Of a stretch of DNA of 64,000 bases, positions 18,979-27,118 are shown one piece after another (positions within the stretch are counted from its first letter, which is position 1; each line of letters begins with the position of its first letter). The stretch comes from a virus. A model generated the notes under the pieces. That model worked only from the letters and a program-made list of their open reading frames with translations. It did no database searches and was not told the origin of the DNA. The translations under genes were made by a program, and so were the position numbers. The DNA lies in the IMG/VR virus record IMGVR_UViG_3300042544_001941. One strand, written 5' to 3'.

Positions 18979-20214
18979 ATGCCGTTACCAAAAAGAAAAA
19001 ACAATATATCCGTATACGGACAAAAAGAATTATTAGGTAGAAGACAAGAGTTACTTGAAAGAATAACTAAATCCGACACCTACTTACCTGACGCTATATT
19101 ACACGATGATTTAGATTTAGGTATGCTTGAATATGTCAAGGAAAATTTCAAAGTGGTATCTGACGGTGTACAAATTCCTGTAATTAATAAAATACTAACC
19201 ATTCAGAGATGGGGTGAAATGACTAACAATTGGTCATTTATGGATGAAGACGGTAATATGAAGTTACCATTCATTGCGATAATCAGAAGACCCGACGTTC
19301 AGCCAGGTACGAATCCGATTGTACAAAGAACCATACCTGATAGAAGAACATTCTATTACGCGTCAGTTCCGACTTGGAACGGTACCCAAATGGGTGCGGA
19401 TGTTTATAAGATACCTCAACCCGTTGCGGTTGATATTAGTTATGAGGTTACAATCGTTTGTCAAAAATTTAGAGATTTGAACCGTTTCAATAAAATTGTA
19501 CTTCAAAACTTTTCATCAAGACAAGATTATACAACGGTAAAAGGACATTTTATTCCAATCATATTAGATAAGAATAGTGATAACTCACCAATCGATTCAA
19601 TGGACGGTCGTAGGTTTTATATGCAAACATATGACTTCACTATGTTAGGATTTTTAATCGATGATGAGGAATTTGAAATTAAACCAGCGGTTAGTAGATT
19701 ATTCTTAATGACTGAGTTTATTGGTACCAAACCATACGAAAAGAAATTTTTTAATAAATCAATTGAAACGACAACCGCAAAGTTTGTTGCTGATGGTATG
19801 CAAACAACATTTAGTGTGGGAGAATCTATTGGATTTTTATTTTCTGTAGCATTAAATGGTTTGATACAAGAAAGAGATGTCGATTATTTCCATATTGCAG
19901 GAACATCCAAAATAACTTTTTCAGAACCACCACCTGAAGGATGGGAGGTGACAGTATCATATTACGCAGGTAGAAATAGTGTCTTTATTGACAGTTATGG
20001 TAAACCATTATTCTTAGATAGTGAAAATTTTGTATATGATGGTTCATCATTAGTATTCACAGTTGCAAATAAGATTGATAGTGTTATCAACGTTAATATA
20101 AACGGTCTTATAGATGAGGAGGGTGATGGATTTGCAATTTCAGGAGATAAGGAGATAACATTGTTATCGGCACCTCTTGTAGGGTCAAATATTGGTGTTA
20201 CCTATATTCACTAA
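18979..20214 (+). CDS. Tail terminator / sheath stabiliser (gp15-like) with two C-terminal beta-sandwich repeats
   Basis: LPFIAI.R, P.PVAVDISYEVTI and DLN motifs; C-terminal duplicate F..DG....F.V...V..NGL......G...IT....P..G..V.V.Y. Confidence 0.7.
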   Translation: MPLPKRKNNISVYGQKELLGRRQELLERITKSDTYLPDAILHDDLDLGMLEYVKENFKVVSDGVQIPVINKILTIQRWGEMTNNWSFMDEDGNMKLPFIAIIRRPDVQPGTNPIVQRTIPDRRTFYYASVPTWNGTQMGADVYKIPQPVAVDISYEVTIVCQKFRDLNRFNKIVLQNFSSRQDYTTVKGHFIPIILDKNSDNSPIDSMDGRRFYMQTYDFTMLGFLIDDEEFEIKPAVSRLFLMTEFIGTKPYEKKFFNKSIETTTAKFVADGMQTTFSVGESIGFLFSVALNGLIQERDVDYFHIAGTSKITFSEPPPEGWEVTVSYYAGRNSVFIDSYGKPLFLDSENFVYDGSSLVFTVANKIDSVINVNINGLIDEEGDGFAISGDKEITLLSAPLVGSNIGVTYIH

Positions 20215-20369
20215 GATTCCCCATATATGTCTTTTTTCTTAGGTTTACAATAGTCTTCAATCCACTTTTCTAAAACTTTGTAAATTTTTAACCCATTTTT
20301 ATCACAATGGGTTTTTAACATTTCGTGGTGTTTCTCACTAATTTTTACGTTTTTACTCTTGTTTTCCAT
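20211..20369 (-). CDS. Small ribbon-helix-helix DNA-binding protein
   Basis: MENKSKNVKISEKHHEMLKTHCDKNGLKIYKVLEKWIEDY shows the RHH beta-alpha-G-alpha pattern. ATG at 20369, with TATTTATC 6 nt upstream. Confidence 0.7.
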   Translation of the reverse strand: MENKSKNVKISEKHHEMLKTHCDKNGLKIYKVLEKWIEDYCKPKKKDIYGES

Positions 20370-20430
20370 AGTAAAGATAAATATATATCTAAAAAAATAA
20401 TTAACTATCTTTTTTAAGAAAAGTACCGAA

Positions 20431-20458
20431 ATCTTTGCTAAAAACAAAGATATTTATT
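20431..20458 (+). promoter_or_regulatory. Inverted repeat ATCTTTG-N7-CAAAGAT abutting the late motif TATTTATT of the sheath gene
   Basis: Perfect 7-bp inverted repeat between the divergent RHH and sheath genes. Confidence 0.45.
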
Positions 20459-20495
20459 GAATAAGTAATAAAATAATTTAACCAAACAACAATCG

Positions 20496-23336
20496 ATGGC
20501 AAATTCAAACAAAGTATTCGTTTCTCCGGGTGTCTACACATCAGAGAAAGACTTAACATTTGTTGCACAAAGTGTCGGAGTAACAACATTAGGTTTAGCA
20601 GGTGAAACTTTAAAAGGTCCAGCTTTCGAACCCGTATTGATTACAGATTTTGATGAATTCAAAACTTACTTTGGTACTACCTCACCTGAAAAATATGGTA
20701 ACGGTAACCCAAAGTATGAATTGGCATATGTGGCAAAGGCGTATTTACAAGAATCGAACCAATTATTCGTAACAAGAGTACTTGGTTTAACAGGTTTCAA
20801 ACCTAATAAAACATTCGGTATCAAAACAATCGCAGGTATTTCTTGGGATTCTACCGAAACCCCTGTTTCAACTTCAGGTACATTGGTACCAACGGTAACA
20901 GGAATTACAGGAAGTACATTCTACGGAGCGTTATCAGGTAAAACTGCATCAACAGGTGACAGTGTAACTGATTTCATCCTTGATGGGGTAACATATTCAG
21001 ATAACGATTGGTTCACAATCGGTGTGGTTCCTGAAGCGGCAACCGCAGCTGAAACTGGAACACAGTTAGACAGTCCATTAGGTGAGTATACAAATCAGAA
21101 TTGGTACAACAATTTCTACACTACAAGTGGTGGAAACGTTAATGGATTATATTCATATTTGTTCCACTATTCAGGAGCAAGTTCAACTTTCGTAGTTACA
21201 AGATACAATTACACAGGTACAACAAGTAATGATTATGGTGATATCACTGTAGCAGCATTAAGACCAAGAGGTGGTTATACATTAGAATCTTTAGGTTTAG
21301 AAGTAACTTCAAACTCCGCGTTTGTAATTAGTTCTGACACGTTAACTACTAATCCATTAGGAGAATTTACAATTAATGTAACAGGTTCTACAAGTGGTGT
21401 AAAAGAGTTTACTTGTTCTTTAGATACTACATCATCAAAATACATCACCAAAGTAATTGGTTTAGATGTATTTGACAAAAAACGTGATGAAATTCCTGTT
21501 TATGTACACGAAGTTTATCCAACTTTAATTAAAACATTATATGAACAAGGTTTAATTCTTGGTCTAAGTTTAGATGAAGTTTATCATACAGTTGGTAACG
21601 ATTTCGTTGGTGAGTGGGATACTCCAGCTTCACCAATGGTAGTTTCTGAAGTACGAGGTGGTAAAGTTTCTGACCTTTTCCAAGTGTTTACAGTTTCTGA
21701 CGGTAACGCCGCAAACTACCAAGTAAAAATCACTCTTCTTAATATCGACTTAGATACCGGTGAGTTTGACATACTTGTTCGTGACTTTAATGATAGTGAT
21801 GACAATATGGTTGTTTTGGAGAAATTTACAAGATGTACTATGGATTCATCATTACCAGGTTATGTTGGAAGAAAAGTAGGTACTCAAGACGGTGAATACG
21901 AATTACGTTCAAAATATATTATGTTAGTTATGGCTGACGAACATCCTGAAGATGCAATTCCTGCAGGTTTCAAAGGATTCGTTGCTGACAACTTAGCATC
22001 TTCAACATCTGTGTTAGGTGCCGTAAAATATAAAACACAATTCTTTGAAGCGGGTGACGAAACAGGTTCTTTCTCATTAACAGGTGAACCAACATTATCA
22101 GCTCAAGGTGATAAACCAAAGAAAGTTTCTTTAGGTCTTTCATCTCAAATTGGATTTGATAGTGATTTATTAAAATATAAAGGTGTTGCCCCTGACGCGG
22201 TAACCGTAGGTTTCCACTTGTCAACAAATGCATCTGCAATCACAGGTAATACTATTACAGGTAAAGCTTTCGATTGTACACCTTACGACTTAGAAGGTTC
22301 TAATAAAGGAAAATTAGACACTATATCATTCCGTAAATTCACATTTGCGGTATGTGGTGGATTTGATGGTTGGGATATCTATAGAAGTAGTAGAACAAAT
22401 GGTGATGGATATGTTTTTGGTAAAAGAACTTATGTATCAGGACACACAACTAACAGTGGTGTATTCAGTACAACAGTAGGTAACTCTGATTACTATGCAT
22501 ACTTAAAGGGTATTGAAACTTATTCAAACCCTGAAGCTGTGGATATTAACATATTTGCAACACCGGGTATTAACTTTGATGACCACAATTCATTAGTAAC
22601 TCAAACAATTGATATTATTGAGAATGATAGAGCGGATTCACTTTACATCATTAACTCACCAAATGTGTCAACTGCTGATGAGATTACTGAAGTATTAGAC
22701 GGGGCTAATTTGGATAGTAACTATTCTGCAACATATTGGCCTTGGATTCAAGTTAGAGATAACGATAACTCAACTCAATTGTACTTACCACCAACAGGTG
22801 AAGTTGTAAGAAACATTGCGTTGACAGATAACGTATCTTATCCTTGGTTCGCGGTAGCAGGTTATTCAAGAGGTTTGGTTAATTCAATCAAAGCATTTAA
22901 AAAGTTAACTCTTGACGAAAGAGATTCACTTTACAAGGCAAGAATCAACCCAATCGCAACATTCTCTGATACAGGTACTATTATTTGGGGTAACAAAACG
23001 TTACAAGTGAGAGAATCAGCACTTGATAGAATCAACGTAAGAAGATTGTTATTAAGAGCTAGAAAATTAATTTCTGCAGTTGCTGTTAGATTATTGTTTG
23101 AACAAAACGATGAACAAGTAAGACAAGAATTCTTGAGATTGGTTAACCCAATTCTTGAATCAATAAAGAAAGAAAGAGGTCTTTACGACTTCCGTGTAAC
23201 AGTATCTAGTGACCCTGAGGACATCGATGCTAACACATTGAGAGGTAAGATTTACATCAAACCAACTCGTTCTCTTGAATTTATTGATGTAGAATTCATC
23301 ATTACTCCAACAGGAGCGTCATTTGAGAATATCTAA
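20496..23336 (+). CDS. Contractile tail sheath protein
   Basis: FVSPGVYTSEKD, KGPAFEP, DSNYSATYWPW, PWFAVAGYSRG, INPIATF, WGNKTLQ, DRINVRRL, LFEQND and KPTRSLEFI. Confidence 0.96.
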   Translation: MANSNKVFVSPGVYTSEKDLTFVAQSVGVTTLGLAGETLKGPAFEPVLITDFDEFKTYFGTTSPEKYGNGNPKYELAYVAKAYLQESNQLFVTRVLGLTGFKPNKTFGIKTIAGISWDSTETPVSTSGTLVPTVTGITGSTFYGALSGKTASTGDSVTDFILDGVTYSDNDWFTIGVVPEAATAAETGTQLDSPLGEYTNQNWYNNFYTTSGGNVNGLYSYLFHYSGASSTFVVTRYNYTGTTSNDYGDITVAALRPRGGYTLESLGLEVTSNSAFVISSDTLTTNPLGEFTINVTGSTSGVKEFTCSLDTTSSKYITKVIGLDVFDKKRDEIPVYVHEVYPTLIKTLYEQGLILGLSLDEVYHTVGNDFVGEWDTPASPMVVSEVRGGKVSDLFQVFTVSDGNAANYQVKITLLNIDLDTGEFDILVRDFNDSDDNMVVLEKFTRCTMDSSLPGYVGRKVGTQDGEYELRSKYIMLVMADEHPEDAIPAGFKGFVADNLASSTSVLGAVKYKTQFFEAGDETGSFSLTGEPTLSAQGDKPKKVSLGLSSQIGFDSDLLKYKGVAPDAVTVGFHLSTNASAITGNTITGKAFDCTPYDLEGSNKGKLDTISFRKFTFAVCGGFDGWDIYRSSRTNGDGYVFGKRTYVSGHTTNSGVFSTTVGNSDYYAYLKGIETYSNPEAVDINIFATPGINFDDHNSLVTQTIDIIENDRADSLYIINSPNVSTADEITEVLDGANLDSNYSATYWPWIQVRDNDNSTQLYLPPTGEVVRNIALTDNVSYPWFAVAGYSRGLVNSIKAFKKLTLDERDSLYKARINPIATFSDTGTIIWGNKTLQVRESALDRINVRRLLLRARKLISAVAVRLLFEQNDEQVRQEFLRLVNPILESIKKERGLYDFRVTVSSDPEDIDANTLRGKIYIKPTRSLEFIDVEFIITPTGASFENI

Positions 23337-23354
23337 TCTAAAAGGAGATAAAAT

Positions 23355-23386
23355 AAAGAAGGGGTTCCGAAAGGACCCCTTTTTTT
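23355..23386 (+). terminator. Intrinsic terminator after the sheath gene
   Basis: GGGGTTCC-GAAA-GGACCCC stem with a GNRA loop, followed by a T-run. Confidence 0.85.
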
Positions 23387-23393
23387 ATATGGA

Positions 23394-23565
23394 CACCATT
23401 ATGGTGGAATTGAAAACGTTCCACGGGGAACCAAATTTTATAAAACTAATATTTTTATAATTTACCCAGTATTCTGGAACCAGATATACTAGTATTTATT
23501 AAATATTATTAATTAATCTAGTTATTATTCTGGTGTATTCTATTGTTATACTGGAGCCTAGAGAA
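23394..23565. other. Non-coding element with parS-like palindrome and short repeats (candidate origin/partition site)
   Basis: CACCAT-T-ATGGTG, CGTTCCACGGGGAACC (23417-23432), about six TA(T/A)(T/A)CT(G/A)G-like units, an ATACTAGTAT palindrome and an AT-only tract. Confidence 0.4.
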
Positions 23566-23684
23566 AAAATAAAGAAAAAAAATGAGAAAATCAAGCTTCT
23601 CACAATAAATAAACGAAAAAAAACTATTTTCCAAATAGCACATATTTATAGGAAAGTAATAATTTAAAACTTAACAAATAGACA

Positions 23685-24173
23685 ATGGCAGATTTATTAA
23701 TGAAAATGCCGGTTCCTTACGAACCGAAAAGACAGAACCGATTTATCCTAAGATTCCCATCTTCATTGGGTATCAACGAATGGTACGTAACATCGGCTTC
23801 GAGACCTAAAGCAACTATCGCTGAAACAGAAATTCCTTTTTTGAATACTTCAACATATGTTGCAGGTAGATTTAAGTGGGAATCAATTTCAGTTAAATTT
23901 AAAGACCCAATTGGTCCATCAGCTGCACAAGCATTAATGGAGTGGTTCCGTTTACACGCAGAATCTGTAACAGGTCGTATGGGATATGCTGCTGGATATA
24001 AAAAAGATATTGAACTTGAAATGTTAGACCCAACAGGTGTTGTGGTTGAAAAATGGATTCTTCAAGGTACATTCTTATCAGGTTTGGATTTTGGTACATT
24101 GGATTATAGCCAAGATGCGTTAGCTGATATCAGTGCAACATTGAGAATGGATAGATGTATCCTTGTATACTAA
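23685..24173 (+). CDS. Tail tube protein (T4 gp19-like)
   Basis: YEPKRQNRF, YVAGRFKWE, DPIGPSAAQALMEW, YKKDIELEMLDPTGVVVEKW.L.G; late motif at 23643-23650. Confidence 0.92.
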   Translation: MADLLMKMPVPYEPKRQNRFILRFPSSLGINEWYVTSASRPKATIAETEIPFLNTSTYVAGRFKWESISVKFKDPIGPSAAQALMEWFRLHAESVTGRMGYAAGYKKDIELEMLDPTGVVVEKWILQGTFLSGLDFGTLDYSQDALADISATLRMDRCILVY

Positions 24174-24200
24174 TATTTTAATAAACATAAAATCTGTCTT

Positions 24201-24231
24201 AAAGGTCCTCAAAAGGGACCTTTATTTTTTT
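24201..24231 (+). terminator. Intrinsic terminator after the tube gene
   Basis: AAAGGTCCTC-AAAA-GGGACCTTT followed by a T-run. Confidence 0.8.
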
Positions 24232-24275
24232 CATATAAACTTTACTTTTTTATACTTATAGTATAAATTTATGGT

Positions 24276-25025
24276 ATGGAAGAATTTAAAGTTGACCCCA
24301 CGATTGCGTACGACGTTGTTGAGTTACCTAGTAGAGGTATTCACTATTCAACAAAGAAAAAATCATTAAGAATTGCATATCTAACTGCGGCTGATGAAAA
24401 TATTTTAGCATCACCAAATTTAGTACAATCTAATGGTGTTGTTAATGAACTACTAAAAAGAAAAGTCTTAGATAAAGACATCTCAACTGATGATTTAGTT
24501 GAAGAAGACAGACAAGCAATTCTTTTGTTTTTAAGAAACACAGCGTTTGGTTCTGACTATAAGATGGTAGTAACTGACCCTAAAACAGGAGAAAGATTTA
24601 GTCACATTGCTGATTTATCACAAGTTAAACTAAGAGACTTTAAATTAGAGGAAGATAGTAATGGTGAATTTAAGTTTTATTTAGAAAAAAGTAAAACAGA
24701 TATTACATTTAAATTCTTAACCCAAAAACAACAAGAGGATATTGATAAAATTAAAGATAGTTGGAATGGTTTAGGAGTTGCACCGATTATAACAAGACAA
24801 TTAGAAATGATGATTAAGTCTGTTGGTGGAATTAAAGACCAATTACAAATTAGAAATTTTATTGAGAGAATGCCAATCAAAGATTCTCAAGATTTCCGTA
24901 AATACATTTTAGAAAATAAACCAAGTTTAGATTTAGTACAACATATTACAACCCCGTCAGGAGAGACAGTCGAAGTTGAAATCGGCTTCGGGGTGGAGTT
25001 TTTTCGCCCTTTCTACGGATTATAA
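24276..25025 (+). CDS. Tail assembly chaperone / baseplate hub assembly protein (gp26-like)
   Basis: VVELPSRG..Y, YLTAADENIL, D.QAILLFLRNTAFG.DY, DS..FR.YI....P.LD and a C-terminal FGVEFFRP; lies between tube and tape measure. Confidence 0.8.
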   Translation: MEEFKVDPTIAYDVVELPSRGIHYSTKKKSLRIAYLTAADENILASPNLVQSNGVVNELLKRKVLDKDISTDDLVEEDRQAILLFLRNTAFGSDYKMVVTDPKTGERFSHIADLSQVKLRDFKLEEDSNGEFKFYLEKSKTDITFKFLTQKQQEDIDKIKDSWNGLGVAPIITRQLEMMIKSVGGIKDQLQIRNFIERMPIKDSQDFRKYILENKPSLDLVQHITTPSGETVEVEIGFGVEFFRPFYGL

Positions 25026-25155
25026 GAAAGGACAATTAGACGAGATTTTATTTTTAGTTAAACGAGGGTTTTCTTACTCTGATTTAATCTCAATGCCAGT
25101 TTATGTTCGAAGATATTATATTAATTACATCCTCGAAATGGAATCTAGTAATTAA
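25000..25155 (+). CDS. Frameshift extension of the chaperone (gp51 / G-T-like segment)
   Basis: The +1 frame reads FFALSTDYKKGQLDEILFLVKRGFSYSDLISMPVYVRRYYINYILEMESSN*, with no suitable N-terminal ATG. It overlaps the slippery GAG TTT TTT C; the F.Y.DL..MP...R.YY motif is typical of these segments. Confidence 0.7.
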   Translation, partial: FFALSTDYKKGQLDEILFLVKRGFSYSDLISMPVYVRRYYINYILEMESSN

Positions 25156-25184
25156 TCTATTTATATAGAAAGATTTATACATAA

Positions 25185-27077
25185 ATGGCTAGTGTAACCG
25201 CAAAAGATTTAAACAATTTACTTAATAGGTACAAAGGAGACAGAAGTGGTTTCATTAAGGCGTATAGAGCCATTGATGATACTGCATCTGAATCTGATAT
25301 TGGTCGATTATATGATACCTCAAATCCCAAATCCGCAGATACTACAACCCCTACAGGTTCAGGTATGGACAATACGGGTCAAATGATTGGTAGTATGATT
25401 GATGCTGCAAGTTTAAAAAACTCACAACAAACTGCAGGTGAAAACATTGGTATAAAAGGTCTATACGAGGTTGCCATTGATAAATCTACCGGTAAGTTGA
25501 ATACCTTTAGTCAAATGGTAGAAAATGTCGGTAAGGGTATTCAAAATTCGATTTATACCGTATTAGAACAACAATCATCTTTACATTCTGAAATTAATAC
25601 CAAACTTGGTATGACTAATCAACTTTCTGAAGATTTCAGAGGTGAGATTACGGACGCATATCCAAATGCAGTTAGATTGGGGTATTCATTTAGTGAATTA
25701 GAACAAACAATGGTTCGACTAATTGATAACGCCGGAACATTTAGACTTGTTAATAGCGAGACTATTAATAGTATGACTGAAACGGGTAGAGTCTTTTTTA
25801 ATAGATTAGACGACACCGCTGACGCAGTGAAAGCGTTTCAAGATGTTTCATTAGGTGCGAATGATGCGATGAAAGCAATTGCACAAGCCGGTAAAGGTTC
25901 ATTAGAACTCGGTTTAAATTCAAAAACAACTACAGCAACTTTAGTTCAGAATATTGACAAATTAAATCAATTCGGATTTAAAAACGGTGTTCAAGGACTT
26001 AATAGTATGGTTCAAAAAGCACAACAGTTAAAGATGGATATGCAAAGTGTTTATACACTTGCGGAAAAAGTTATGGACCCTGAAAACGCATTATCAATGG
26101 CTGCGGGTCTTCAAGCTATTGGTGGTGCAATGGGTAGTTTCAGTGACCCAATTAAAATGATGTATGATTCAACAAATAACGTTGAAGATTTACAAGACGC
26201 ATTAATCGGTGCTGCAGAATCGTTAGCAACATATAATAGTGAACAAGGAAGATTTGAAGTAACAGGTGCTAACTTAAGAAAAGCACAAGCGATGGCTAAA
26301 GAGTTGGGTATTTCATATTCAGAATTAACAAAACTTTCAGTACAAGCGGCTCAAAGGTCATCAGCAGCTGCGGATTTAATGGCGGCTGGTTTAACATTTA
26401 ATAATGATGAAGATAAAGAGTTCTTAACCAATCTTGCTCAAATGAAAGATGGTAAGATGGTTATTGAGGTTCCGAAAAACTTACAAGAAGCAATGGGCGG
26501 AACAACTGTAGCGTTGGAATCACTATCGGAAAAACAAAAAGAAACATTATTAACATATAGAGAACAATTTAAAAAGATGTCAATGGAAGACATCGCAACA
26601 CAACAAGTTGGATTGGTTGAAAATATCAATAGAGATGTAAACTTTATCGCGGCAGCCGCAAGACTCCAAATGGGAAAGAGTGGTAAAGCAGTGGTTGACG
26701 CGTTAGGTTTCGACCCAATGGAGGTTGCAAAAAAATCAAAAGAAGCGAGTAAGGCCGCGGCTGAAGGAATTAATAGTTTAGGTAACGCAGTTACAAGTAC
26801 TATTAATGATGTTACAAATGTTGAAGGTAGAAAGAAAGCACAAAGTCAAACTGAACCACAAAAACCTGTTGCAGTTGCTGAAGCGGAGAAAGCTAAAGCA
26901 GAAGCTGAAAAGGCTAAAACACAAACATCGAACAATCAATCAGGACAAAAAAATGTAAATCTTAAAGTTACTACTGATGTTAGTGGAGATGAATTTACAA
27001 GACTCATTATGAAAAATCCTGATATGGCTGGTAAGTTTTTTGATTCTTGGGATTCTTACACCTCGGTACCCCAATAA
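25185..27077 (+). CDS. Tape measure protein
   Basis: Helical and A/Q/M/L-rich; AQAMAKELGISYSEL.K motif; canonical position after the chaperone; late motif at 25158-25165. Confidence 0.8.
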   Translation: MASVTAKDLNNLLNRYKGDRSGFIKAYRAIDDTASESDIGRLYDTSNPKSADTTTPTGSGMDNTGQMIGSMIDAASLKNSQQTAGENIGIKGLYEVAIDKSTGKLNTFSQMVENVGKGIQNSIYTVLEQQSSLHSEINTKLGMTNQLSEDFRGEITDAYPNAVRLGYSFSELEQTMVRLIDNAGTFRLVNSETINSMTETGRVFFNRLDDTADAVKAFQDVSLGANDAMKAIAQAGKGSLELGLNSKTTTATLVQNIDKLNQFGFKNGVQGLNSMVQKAQQLKMDMQSVYTLAEKVMDPENALSMAAGLQAIGGAMGSFSDPIKMMYDSTNNVEDLQDALIGAAESLATYNSEQGRFEVTGANLRKAQAMAKELGISYSELTKLSVQAAQRSSAAADLMAAGLTFNNDEDKEFLTNLAQMKDGKMVIEVPKNLQEAMGGTTVALESLSEKQKETLLTYREQFKKMSMEDIATQQVGLVENINRDVNFIAAAARLQMGKSGKAVVDALGFDPMEVAKKSKEASKAAAEGINSLGNAVTSTINDVTNVEGRKKAQSQTEPQKPVAVAEAEKAKAEAEKAKTQTSNNQSGQKNVNLKVTTDVSGDEFTRLIMKNPDMAGKFFDSWDSYTSVPQ

Positions 27078-27118
27078 ATTTTTAATATAACACCTATTTA
27101 TAGGTAAAGAAAAACATA

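Noticed and set aside
20370-20447. Longer 78-aa version of the RHH gene and ORF 20401-20589
   Set aside because: The extension crosses promoter sequence; the ATG at 20369 with its upstream motif is the better start.
23394-23600. CRISPR array or tRNA in the large intergenic gap
   Set aside because: Repeats are 8 bp and irregular with no repeat-spacer periodicity; no tRNA fold; no cas genes in the window.
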